Source of the DNA: Candidatus Rariloculaceae bacterium
Lineage (GTDB): Bacteria; Pseudomonadota; Gammaproteobacteria; Steroidobacterales; Rariloculaceae
Direction of reading: 5' to 3'
Assembly (NCBI GenBank): GCA_965221035.1
Contig: OZ244860.1
Span: forward strand, 1,184,687-1,248,686
DNA: 64,000 nt
Positions 42,157 to 51,244 of the stretch are shown here, piece by piece. The notes below the pieces were generated by a model. The model ran no database searches. It worked only from the letters and a program-made list of their open reading frames with translations, and was not told the DNA's origin. Position numbers and translations under genes: made by a program. The number at the start of each line of letters is the position of its first letter. Position 1 is the stretch's first letter.

Positions 42157-45100
42157 GAGTTGGTTTCTGGATGGTCCAGCTCAGAATCCTCGAAGGGATT
42201 GGGAAGACCTTTGACGATTTTCACTGTCTCGACACTGACGTGCACGATGCGACGAAACGAAGCGATCAGGTCACGTGGGTTTTCGAACCAGCCGTTCGGA
42301 TCATTGACGATGCCGCTGCGGCTGTCCGTCACGATACGGTAACGATCGATAAACCATTCAATTGGCGTGCGGCCGTTAACACTGTAATCGTGGGCTTCGG
42401 CTGGAATATTCTCAAGCCGGATAAGGTCGTTGATGGCCAGTACGGAACGTTCGCCGTCGACAAAACGCATCTTCTTCTTGCCAATCCTGTAATGCTCGTC
42501 TCGCTGTTCACCGTCGCCGGTGTACGTCACCTGAAGCGGATACTCCGGCCCACTTTCGTACCCGAGATGCAGTGCCGCCAGCTCTTGTCCGGCCGCTGCA
42601 AAAGCGCGGAAGTCCGTTGCGAACGGAATGCGTGGCAATTCCTTGGTGAGGTCGTTGGCAAAGCGCTCGCGATAACCAGGTGCGTGCAGCATGCCGTAGA
42701 CATAGTCGAAGATCGCGTCCCTGGTGATCGCGCGATCCCCGTATCGCACACGGTAGGTCTTGAGAGCCGCTTCAGAGACATTGTCGATGCGCTCCATGCC
42801 GGCGACATCATCGAGCAGATCCCTTTGCCCCCGACGAACATAGCGGTATCGCGGGAAACACTGGCCGTTGAACATCAGTTGGATGTCCGGCATCGTATCG
42901 ACGACAAGCACGGAAAATGGCTTCGTTGAACCGACTCCCGACACACAGATTGCGCGGTTTTCGGCATTGGGCGAGGGGAAAATGCTGTCTTGCTGGTACT
43001 TGTTGTTTACTAAGGTGTAATCGACGTAACAGTGCTGCTTAACGAATGGTCGGTACTGAGTATTCCAGATATTGCCCCGGGAATAGTTGACGCTCCTCCC
43101 TCGCCGAAGGTTGTTCTTGAGTTCCCGGTCCCAACGAACGTGCGAGGAAAACCTGTTTACGGCATCGTCGACTGTTTGCTCGGGATGCTGTTCGCGCACC
43201 GCCAGCGCGCCAAGAAAGTCATCCACCATCCTGCGCGCGTTTTCTGCGCAGTCTTCGCGCGTAAAGTTGTAGATGTAGGCGTCGCGGCTAGTGGCCAATC
43301 CCCTTGAGTACAGCTTGAATATCGTCCCATCGGCGCTCCCCGCCTTTGCCGCCTTGGATCCCAGCGGATAGAACGCCTGGAACGCCTCGTCGCGCTGGCC
43401 GACCCAGTCGTGGTGCCGGTCTGGAGTAATTTCCTCCCAGTCTTCGATGCCTGCGATCGATTGCCACTCGCGCACCTTGGCTAGTTTGTCCTCGCGGGAC
43501 AGATAATCACCGATGTCCCGATACAGAATTCGGCAGCCCTCATGTGCGGCGTCCGGGTTTTTCGCGAGGATCGTGATTGCAACCGGCGCGCGGGAGCCTT
43601 GGTCGAAAACGTTATCGCCTTCCGAACGGCGACGTTCACCCGATGTTCGGGCGTTGCCTCGAAGATTAACGATGTGGACTGAGCTGAATTCTTCCGCCAG
43701 ACAGGCTCGTACACCAGTATCGACGTTGCCGTCGATCCAGGAGCCGTTGGTCACAAGCGCTAGAATGCCACGCTCACCAATCCGGTCCGACGCCCAGCGA
43801 ATGGCCATCTTGTAGGTGTCGTAGAGGCTGTTCTTGAGCGTCGCCTTCGACCGGGTGGCGTACGTCTCGGCAACACGTTGCTCAATCTCAGGATATTTAA
43901 CGTTGGGGTTGCTGTCCGCTGAACTTCTTTGACCCACTGACCACGGCGGATTCCCGACAATCACCTGGATCGGCGTGTTCTGCTGCCTTTCAACCCGCTC
44001 GCTGTTATCCGGTAGCCATTCTTTCGGGAACCCGGCCGTCCTTTCCGTATGCAAGTTGAATGTGTCGGTCAGTACGATGCCCTCGAACGGCTCGTAGCTG
44101 CTATCGGCGCCACGCCGACCATGAAATGCCTCCTCGATATGGATTGCCGCAATGTAGTAGGCCAACAGCACTATCTCGTTGGCGTGCAATTCTCTACGAT
44201 ACTTCCTAACCAAATCTCCATCGGAGATAAGCGCGGACTGGATCAACCGCACGAGAAATATGCCGGTGCCTGTGAACGGATCGAGCACATGCACGCCCGC
44301 GTCGCTGAGGCCACGTCCGAACTCCGACCGCAACGCATAATTGGCACTCGCCAGGACGAAGTCGACGACCTCTACGGGCGTGTAGACGATGCCGAGCCGG
44401 TCCGCCTCCTTCTTGAGCGCCTTGGCGAAGAACTTTTCGTACAATTCCATCAGAACCCGTTGCCGCGCTTGGCTGTTGTCCAAGCCCCGGGCGCGCATCC
44501 GCACACTCTCGTAGAACGACTCAAGATCCTGTGTTTCGCCCTCCAGCCCGAATTCCCCAAAGTCGTTTCGAAGCGCATCCAGCGCCTGAGCAACAGGGTT
44601 GCTGCCAGCGAAGTCGTAGTGCTCGAACAACGCTTCGAAAACGGGCCGGGTAAGGATGTGTTGGGCCATCATTTCGATGGCGTTGTCGGTCGATACCGAG
44701 TCGTTGATGGATATGCGCAATTCCTGATGGAAAGCGTCGAACCACTCGTGCAACGCACCGTTGGCTGGGTTGGCCAGCAGGTTTTCGATGCGGCCCGTAA
44801 CGCGCAGGAAGATATCAGCGACATCCTTCGCCCAAGTCTCCCAGTACTTGCGGTCGCCGCACCTCTCAACGATCTTGGCGTAGATCGCGCCGGGCGGAAG
44901 TTCGAGCGGCGGAAACGGCAGGACGCTGGATATCGTAAGGCCGGATTCCTCGTCGCCGTCCCGCCAAGTGGCGCCGTCACCACTGAAAATAATTCTCTGC
45001 GTTGGCGTCTGATTCAGATCAATCTGGTTGATCTCTGCGTCGAACCGTTCGTCGTGGGAGCGTAGTGCTTGCAGCACGTCCCAGACAGGTGCGAACCGAT

Positions 45101-46946
45101 CATTGTTGTCAAGCGCCAAGACCGGGTCCGTTCCCGCTGGCACGGTCACCGGCAGGATAATGTAACCATACTCCTTGCCCGGCGACTTGCGCATGGCGCG
45201 ACCCACCGCTTGAACGATGTCGACTTGCGAACTGCGCGAATTCATAAACAACACCGCGTCCAGCGCCGGAACATCGATACCTTCCGACAGGCAGCGGGCG
45301 TTTGTGAGGATACGACACAGGCCGGACGAATCGCCCTTCAACCAGTCGATTCGCTTTTTGCGGTCCAGGGCGTGGTGTTGGCCATCGACATGTTGCACTT
45401 CGCAACGTAACGCCCCCGGCCTATCGCTCTCCGGCAGCAGGCCGACGGCATCCTCAACGATGCTGGGCCAGTGCATTTCCAATCGCTTGGAAGACAGGAT
45501 CGTATTCGTGAACGCGATGGCCCGTTTTAGGCGGCGTCCCGAGCCGTGTTCGGGTGCGGTCCCGGATCGCCTAACGGCGTGGCCCTCCGGATCCTGAAGC
45601 GCCTCCCAGCAACCGACGATTTTCGCGCGATCACTAAGGGTGATCTCCTTTCCGTCCCGGGCCAAACCCGACTGCATTGCCTTGTCGACACGATCCTCGG
45701 AGAGCGCGAAAATCACCACCTTGTAATCGGCCAGCAGATCGTTGCCGACTGCCCGCGAGAATGCCAGGCGATGAAACTCGGGGCCATAGATGGCTTTGTC
45801 GTCCATCGAGAACACTTCCACATCGTGACGGGACGCCCTGGACCTGGCAGCCTGCGTATACAGCTTGGGCGTGGCCGTCATGTACAAGCGGCGCTGCGCC
45901 CGAATTCTTTGTCCGTCGTGCACCAGTACGAACGGCGAAGTCTTGTCGCCGGGCCTGTCAATGCCTGTGGTCCGGTGCGCCTCGTCGCAGAGAATGAGGT
46001 CGAAGCCAGGAGCACCATCATTCTGCGCCTCTTCCACTATGCCAAGCGAATGATACGTGCTAAACGCCACTGTCATCGCATCCGAGCGGGCAACGCGAAG
46101 CGCCTTTGAAACGGACACCGAGTCGGTGGTGACGGGGATCTCCAGTTCTTCGATGGGTGCGTCTTCGTCGTTGCGACCAGCTCTCGTGTCGGAGCAGATT
46201 CCGATGTAGGCATGCGGGACTTCGCGCTGCTCCGCCCACTCCCGCATCGATTGCTGCAACAGAGAAATCGACGGAACCAGATAGAGAACACTTCCGCCGA
46301 CGCCCACCATGGACTCGGCGATGCGCAAGGCAGTGAAAGTCTTGCCCGTCCCGCAGGCCATTACAAGCTTGCCTCTATCAGACTCCTCGAACTTGGCCTT
46401 GACGTCTTCGAAAGCCGCCAGCTGGTGGGGCCGCAAGCTGTACGGCTCATGACGCAAAGACAACGCCTCAGGCTCGTTGTGCACGAGATCGGGCCAATCG
46501 ACGGGACGGCTTGCCAGATCGCCGAAACGAAGCACTTGGCACTCCGGTTTCAACCCGGTAATCGTCTTGCGGGCATTCGGACCCCACTCGTCGCCGGTGT
46601 CCACGAACAGGCGCCGGGTGAACGGGTCGCGGGCGGAGGCCGCGATGAAGTTTCGCAGGTGCGACATTTGCAGGCGAGTGCCCGGTTGGTAACACTTGCA
46701 CTGGATCGCGCAGTATCCGCCATCGCTTTCTTCAGCGACGAGATCGATGCCGGTGTCGGTCCCGCTGAATTCGGGTTGGCGCAGCGCCCAGTCGCGCCAC
46801 AGCCAAACCTGCCGGAATCGATCCTGATAGAGGGGGTCCTTCTGCAAATACGCCTTCATCAGGCGTTCGAAGAGGCGACCCTTTTCGACCTCCGTGCTGG
46901 CGATAGACCGGATATGATCCAGAACGGCTTGGAAGCCGTCGCTCAT
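42153..46946 (-). CDS. Type ISP restriction-modification enzyme (Mrr-like nuclease, SF2 helicase-like motor, N6-adenine methyltransferase and target-recognition domain in one chain)
   Basis: 1597 aa. N-terminal PD-(D/E)xK-like GIDLVAE...AIQCKCY; helicase motifs ACGTGKT and LILCDEAHRTTG; methyltransferase motifs VLDPFTGTGIF and VGNPPW; C-terminal YGMLHAPGYRERFANDLTKELPRIPF block typical of Type ISP enzymes. Confidence 0.85.
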   Translation of the reverse strand: MSDGFQAVLDHIRSIASTEVEKGRLFERLMKAYLQKDPLYQDRFRQVWLWRDWALRQPEFSGTDTGIDLVAEESDGGYCAIQCKCYQPGTRLQMSHLRNFIAASARDPFTRRLFVDTGDEWGPNARKTITGLKPECQVLRFGDLASRPVDWPDLVHNEPEALSLRHEPYSLRPHQLAAFEDVKAKFEESDRGKLVMACGTGKTFTALRIAESMVGVGGSVLYLVPSISLLQQSMREWAEQREVPHAYIGICSDTRAGRNDEDAPIEELEIPVTTDSVSVSKALRVARSDAMTVAFSTYHSLGIVEEAQNDGAPGFDLILCDEAHRTTGIDRPGDKTSPFVLVHDGQRIRAQRRLYMTATPKLYTQAARSRASRHDVEVFSMDDKAIYGPEFHRLAFSRAVGNDLLADYKVVIFALSEDRVDKAMQSGLARDGKEITLSDRAKIVGCWEALQDPEGHAVRRSGTAPEHGSGRRLKRAIAFTNTILSSKRLEMHWPSIVEDAVGLLPESDRPGALRCEVQHVDGQHHALDRKKRIDWLKGDSSGLCRILTNARCLSEGIDVPALDAVLFMNSRSSQVDIVQAVGRAMRKSPGKEYGYIILPVTVPAGTDPVLALDNNDRFAPVWDVLQALRSHDERFDAEINQIDLNQTPTQRIIFSGDGATWRDGDEESGLTISSVLPFPPLELPPGAIYAKIVERCGDRKYWETWAKDVADIFLRVTGRIENLLANPANGALHEWFDAFHQELRISINDSVSTDNAIEMMAQHILTRPVFEALFEHYDFAGSNPVAQALDALRNDFGEFGLEGETQDLESFYESVRMRARGLDNSQARQRVLMELYEKFFAKALKKEADRLGIVYTPVEVVDFVLASANYALRSEFGRGLSDAGVHVLDPFTGTGIFLVRLIQSALISDGDLVRKYRRELHANEIVLLAYYIAAIHIEEAFHGRRGADSSYEPFEGIVLTDTFNLHTERTAGFPKEWLPDNSERVERQQNTPIQVIVGNPPWSVGQRSSADSNPNVKYPEIEQRVAETYATRSKATLKNSLYDTYKMAIRWASDRIGERGILALVTNGSWIDGNVDTGVRACLAEEFSSVHIVNLRGNARTSGERRRSEGDNVFDQGSRAPVAITILAKNPDAAHEGCRILYRDIGDYLSREDKLAKVREWQSIAGIEDWEEITPDRHHDWVGQRDEAFQAFYPLGSKAAKAGSADGTIFKLYSRGLATSRDAYIYNFTREDCAENARRMVDDFLGALAVREQHPEQTVDDAVNRFSSHVRWDRELKNNLRRGRSVNYSRGNIWNTQYRPFVKQHCYVDYTLVNNKYQQDSIFPSPNAENRAICVSGVGSTKPFSVLVVDTMPDIQLMFNGQCFPRYRYVRRGQRDLLDDVAGMERIDNVSEAALKTYRVRYGDRAITRDAIFDYVYGMLHAPGYRERFANDLTKELPRIPFATDFRAFAAAGQELAALHLGYESGPEYPLQVTYTGDGEQRDEHYRIGKKKMRFVDGERSVLAINDLIRLENIPAEAHDYSVNGRTPIEWFIDRYRIVTDSRSGIVNDPNGWFENPRDLIASFRRIVHVSVETVKIVKGLPNPFEDSELDHPETNS

Positions 46947-47007
46947 CGTCCCGCGCTTCTCGTTGAAGTCATGCCCAGTTTACCTGTGCGACCGTTTACT
47001 GCCGCTC

Positions 47008-47036
47008 TGCATACAGCACGCTGGCGAGCGTTGCAA
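47008..47036 (-). promoter_or_regulatory. Candidate sigma70 promoter of the Type ISP gene
   Basis: On the - strand: TTGCAA (47031-47036), 17-nt spacer, TATGCA (47008-47013), about 60 nt upstream of the ATG. Confidence 0.35.
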
Positions 47037-47095
47037 CCGACAAGGCCCCGCGCGGGCACGTTCCTGACTCAACGCTTGTCACCGGGCTCGGCGGA

Positions 47096-48241
47096 TTACA
47101 CTGGCGTTATCGGTTCCAGGGTTGAAATCTCCGCAACCGGCAACACAGTAACACTGGCGTCCAGCGAGTAACGCTCCGGCCCCGGATAGACGATCCACAA
47201 GTGCCGCAGCGGCAGGTCGCGCATCACCGCGCGGATGCCTCGCGTCATCCTGGGCGCGTCCTGGTACTTGAATTCCATTCCCCACAAGGTGCCGCGCGCC
47301 TGCCACACGAGGTCGAGTTCCGCGCCGGAATGGGTGCCCCAGAAATGCGGATGATTGATGCCGTGCAGGCGAATGGCCTGTTCAAGTGCGAAGCCTTCCC
47401 AAGAGGCGCCGAGCTTGGGGTGGGATTCCAGTTCGGCGGGCGTTGCGATGGTGTGCAGGGCGTGGAACAGGCCACTGTCCCGGATGTAGAGCTTGGGTGC
47501 CTTCACCAAGCGCTTGCCCACGTTCGCGTGCCACGGAGGAACGAGACGGATCATGAACGTGCCCGTCAAGATCTCCAGATAGCGGCGTATGGTGTGATCC
47601 GACACGCCGAAAGACCGGCTCAGCTCCGAGAAATTCAGCGTCTGGCCGTGGTAGTGGCTGACCATCAGCCAGAACCGTCGTAGCGTTTCGGCGGCGATGG
47701 TGATCCCGAGGCCGGGTATGTCGCGTTCCAGGTGGCTGCGGATGAAGTCTTCCCGCCACAGAAACGAAGCCGTTTCATCCTCGGCAAGGTAGCTTCGCGG
47801 GAACCCGCCCCGCAACCACAGGTTTCGCCAAGCGCCCGCACCTGCCTCGTCCAGCGAAAACGCGCCGAGGTCATGGTAGGCGACTCGACCGGCAAGACTC
47901 TCGGAAACGTCCCTGACCAGATCGGGTGAGGCGCTGCCGAGCAACAGGAAGCGGGTATCGACCTGCCGGTCGGCCAATACGCGGAGCAAGGGAAACAGTT
48001 CGGGCATGCGCTGCACTTCGTCGATGACCACAGTACCCGTCAGGTGTTCCAGGGCGGTTTGCGGTTCCTCCAGTCGGGCAACGCTCCGGGGATCTTCAAG
48101 GTCGAAGTAATGCTCGGCGCCCAGTGAACGGGCCAAGGTGGTCTTGCCGCATTGCCTGGGACCCGCCAATACGGTGATGGGCGCACGGCGGAGGTTGGCC
48201 TTGATGGCCGCAAGCTCGCGGGGACGAGGCAGGTTACTCAT
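47096..48241 (-). CDS. AAA+ ATPase with DUF4143 C-terminal domain (COG1373 type)
   Basis: 381 aa with Walker A GPRQCGKTT and Walker B VVIDEVQ. The C-terminal AELDLV...MEFKY resembles a PD-(D/E)xK-like core. Confidence 0.8.
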   Translation of the reverse strand: MSNLPRPRELAAIKANLRRAPITVLAGPRQCGKTTLARSLGAEHYFDLEDPRSVARLEEPQTALEHLTGTVVIDEVQRMPELFPLLRVLADRQVDTRFLLLGSASPDLVRDVSESLAGRVAYHDLGAFSLDEAGAGAWRNLWLRGGFPRSYLAEDETASFLWREDFIRSHLERDIPGLGITIAAETLRRFWLMVSHYHGQTLNFSELSRSFGVSDHTIRRYLEILTGTFMIRLVPPWHANVGKRLVKAPKLYIRDSGLFHALHTIATPAELESHPKLGASWEGFALEQAIRLHGINHPHFWGTHSGAELDLVWQARGTLWGMEFKYQDAPRMTRGIRAVMRDLPLRHLWIVYPGPERYSLDASVTVLPVAEISTLEPITPV

Positions 48242-48257
48242 TATCTCAACATAGCAC

Positions 48258-48304
48258 GCATAACACGAAAATTCGAAGTTCAGGTACGAATTTTCGTGTT
48301 ATGC
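48258..48304. promoter_or_regulatory. 18-bp perfect inverted repeat immediately upstream of the AAA/DUF4143 gene
   Basis: GCATAACACGAAAATTCG (48258-48275), an 11-nt loop, then CGAATTTTCGTGTTATGC (48287-48304). AT-rich, starting 17 nt from the start codon. Confidence 0.6.
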
Positions 48305-48389
48305 GGCCAAAATCAACGGTGGACTGTTCAACCCACTGATGACACCATGCGGAGCCGGGTCGCCCTCACGAGGCCACGGAGCGATTTTG

Positions 48390-51131
48390 ATGCCCTCCCA
48401 CTCTTCGCCAACCATACGCCGCGCGGACATCGTTTTCCCTGAGAAGGACCAGGCTCTGCGAAATGACGTTCACCGGCTCGGAGAACTGGTGGGCGACGTG
48501 GTCCGGGAACAGGGGGGCGAAGCGCTTTTCGACCTGGTCGAGTCGGCGCGGCGGTCATCCATCGCCCACCGGGAAGGCGATGCCGGGTCGTTGGAGCGAC
48601 TCCAGCGATTGTTGGCGTCCCTGGACCCGGAGACCGCCACCGAATTCATTCGTGCCTATTCCACCTATTTCCAGGTGGTCAACGTGGCCGAAAAGGTCCA
48701 CCGGATCCGTCGGCGCAGGGCCTACCTGAGGGACGCGGCGACTCCCCAGCCGCGCGGATTCGAGGACATCCTTGCGCGGCTCAAGGCCGGCGGAGCGAGC
48801 GCCGACACAATTTTGGAGGCCTTGGCGGGGATGTCGGTGGAACCGGTTTTCGCCGCGCATCCCATGGAAGTGACACGCCGGACGTTGCTGGCCCACCAGC
48901 AAAGCGTTGCCAGGCACCTGATCCGGATGCTCGATCCATACCTCACGCCCCAGGAGGAAAACGCGCTGATGGCCAGCATCCGCATGGATATAACCACCAG
49001 TTGGCAGACCGAGGAACACCCGCGGGAACGCGTGCGCGTGGGTGACGAGGCCGAGCACATCCTGTTCTTCCTGACGGACATCCTGTATCGCATCATCCCG
49101 CCGTTCTACGAGCAGCTGGAGGAAACGGTCAGGGACGCGTTCCCTTCCGTCGCGGAACCCCTGCGCCTGCCCACGGTTGTGAAGTTCGTTTCCTGGGCCG
49201 GGGGAGACATGGACGCCAATCCGAACGTCACCGCCAAGACCATTCGCGAGACGCTCGCGCGGCAAAAGGCCCTGGTGCTGAATCTCTACCACCGGGAGTG
49301 CGGATCGCTGGCAAGGCGCCTCAGCCAGAGCGCGAGCCGGGTCGAGGTCTCCGCAGCGCTGCGGGACCGCAGCGAGTTTTACGTCGGACACTTTCCCCAT
49401 GCGGCCCATGCCATTCCCGCCCGGCACCGGGACATGCCCTACCGGGTCTTTCTGGCCTTGGTGGCGGCCCGGTTGCGCGCCACCCACGAGGAAAGCGCGT
49501 TCCCCTACGAATCCCCGGATGAATTCATCGAAGATATCGACATCGTCGCCGACAGCCTGCGCGACAACAAGGGGGCCAATTCCGGACTGTTCGCGGCCCG
49601 GCGGCTGCGCCGGAGGGTGGATACCTTCGGATTCCATATCGCCACGCTGGATATCCGCCAGAACGCGCTGGCGCACCGGCGCGTCATCCGCGAAGGCCTG
49701 CAGGAACCGGACTGGCTCGACGCTCCCACCGAGGAACGCACGGCGCGACTTCAGGCGGCTCTGGAACGGCGCGAGTCCCCCGTGGGCCGGCTGTCTTCCG
49801 ACGCGCGGCGAACGCTGGCGGTATTCCAGACCATCGCCCACTGCCGCCGAAATTACGGCGACCGCTCCGTGGGACCCTATATCGTCAGCATGGCCCACGG
49901 CGCGGACGACATACTCTCGGTGCTGTTGCTGGCACGCTGGGGAGACCTGGGCACCAAGGGATTGCCTGTGCCGCTGGATGTTGTGCCGCTGTTCGAGACC
50001 GTCGAGGATCTGGAGAGATCTTCGGCCATCCTGAAACGGGTGCTGGAGGATGAGAGCTATCGCCAACACCTGAGCCATCGCGGTTTCCGCCAGATGGTCA
50101 TGGTGGGCTATTCCGACAGCAACAGGGACGGAGGTGTCGCCTCGGCGCGATGGACGTTGCAAAACGCCATGCGCGACCTGGTGGACACCGCCAGGCGCCT
50201 GGGCGTCGAGCTGACACTCTTCCACGGACGCGGCAGCACGCTGACCCGGGGTGGCGGCCGCCTGGACGAAGCGCTGCTGGCAGCTCCCGCGGGCGCCGTC
50301 ACGGGCCGGCTGCGCATCACGGAGCAAGGCGACATGATCAACGCGAAATACGGCCTGCGCGGCATCGCCATGCGCTCGCTGAAACGTAGCGTCGGATCAT
50401 TGCTCTGGGCCACCGCCGGGAACCACCCGCCTGCCAGGTCGGAAGCCCGCTGGCGCACGATCATGGGAGAAATCGCGACGGCCAGCCGGCAGGCCTACAA
50501 GGAAGCGGTGTTCGACCGTGACGAGTTCAACACCTATTTCAGGGCAGCCACTCCGATCGACGTGATCGAAAGGCTGGGCATGGCCTCCCTTCCAGGTGCG
50601 GAGCAAGACGTGAATGGCACCAGCGAACCCCGGGCCAATCCATGGCTTTTTGCCTGGACGCAGAATCGGGCGTTCCTTCCGGGATGGTACGGTCTGGGAA
50701 CGGGACTCGAACAGGCCGCCGGCAAGTACGGTATGGACGAGCTGCGCAGGATGTTCGCGGATCTCAACTTCTTCCGGGTTCTGATCACCGATGCGGAAGT
50801 CGTCATGGGCAAGGCGGACCTGACGGTTTCGGAGCGCTATTCACGGCTCGCCGGCCCATTGCATGAGACGTTCTTTCCCATGGTGCGCGACGAGTTCGAC
50901 CGCTGTGCGGGTCTCGTGATGGAGCTCACCGATCAGGGCGAATTGCTGCAGCGCGCAACGACATTGCGCCGCGCGATACGGCTGCGCAACCCCTACACGG
51001 ATCCCATGAGCCTGTTGCAGGTGGACCTGCTGAAGCGCTGGCGTCGGAGCGGCCGGCGGGACGATGCCGTGCTTCAGCCGCTGGTCGCCAGCATCTACGG
51101 TATCGCCCACGGAATGCAGGCGACCGGTTAA
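48390..51131 (+). CDS. ppc: Phosphoenolpyruvate carboxylase
   Basis: PEPC blocks (VFAAHPMEVTRRT, MVGYSDSNRDGG, FHGRGSTLTRGGG, C-terminal IAHGMQATG). Start at the ATG at 48390. Confidence 0.95.
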   Translation: MPSHSSPTIRRADIVFPEKDQALRNDVHRLGELVGDVVREQGGEALFDLVESARRSSIAHREGDAGSLERLQRLLASLDPETATEFIRAYSTYFQVVNVAEKVHRIRRRRAYLRDAATPQPRGFEDILARLKAGGASADTILEALAGMSVEPVFAAHPMEVTRRTLLAHQQSVARHLIRMLDPYLTPQEENALMASIRMDITTSWQTEEHPRERVRVGDEAEHILFFLTDILYRIIPPFYEQLEETVRDAFPSVAEPLRLPTVVKFVSWAGGDMDANPNVTAKTIRETLARQKALVLNLYHRECGSLARRLSQSASRVEVSAALRDRSEFYVGHFPHAAHAIPARHRDMPYRVFLALVAARLRATHEESAFPYESPDEFIEDIDIVADSLRDNKGANSGLFAARRLRRRVDTFGFHIATLDIRQNALAHRRVIREGLQEPDWLDAPTEERTARLQAALERRESPVGRLSSDARRTLAVFQTIAHCRRNYGDRSVGPYIVSMAHGADDILSVLLLARWGDLGTKGLPVPLDVVPLFETVEDLERSSAILKRVLEDESYRQHLSHRGFRQMVMVGYSDSNRDGGVASARWTLQNAMRDLVDTARRLGVELTLFHGRGSTLTRGGGRLDEALLAAPAGAVTGRLRITEQGDMINAKYGLRGIAMRSLKRSVGSLLWATAGNHPPARSEARWRTIMGEIATASRQAYKEAVFDRDEFNTYFRAATPIDVIERLGMASLPGAEQDVNGTSEPRANPWLFAWTQNRAFLPGWYGLGTGLEQAAGKYGMDELRRMFADLNFFRVLITDAEVVMGKADLTVSERYSRLAGPLHETFFPMVRDEFDRCAGLVMELTDQGELLQRATTLRRAIRLRNPYTDPMSLLQVDLLKRWRRSGRRDDAVLQPLVASIYGIAHGMQATG

Positions 51132-51140
51132 GGCCGGTCA

Positions 51141-51228
51141 GTCCCCCCGCGCGTCAGCTGCCGTCCCCCCGCGCGTCGACCGCCGTCCCCTCGCGCGTCG
51201 ACCACCGTCCCCCTGCGCGTCGTCAGCC
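51141..51228. repeat. Four-unit tandem array with 22-bp period
   Basis: Units GTCCCCCCGCGCGTCAGCTGCC, GTCCCCCCGCGCGTCGACCGCC, GTCCCCTCGCGCGTCGACCACC and GTCCCCCTGCGCGTCGTCAGCC, between the convergent ppc and ybbA-like stops. Confidence 0.85.
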
Positions 51229-51244
51229 GATTCGCGGAGCTGCG

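Noticed and set aside
42153-46946. BREX PglX-like or DISARM methylase interpretation of the large ORF
   Set aside because: It carries an N-terminal nuclease and a full SF2 motor in the same chain, has the Type ISP C-terminal block, and no pglZ, brxC or drm genes are nearby.
40655-48320. Target-site duplication flanking the Type ISP islet (CCATCAAATCATCA vs CCAAAATCAACGG)
   Set aside because: The similarity is too weak and gapped to distinguish from chance.
48555-50327. 590-aa ORF on the - strand
   Set aside because: Antisense to ppc and low-complexity.
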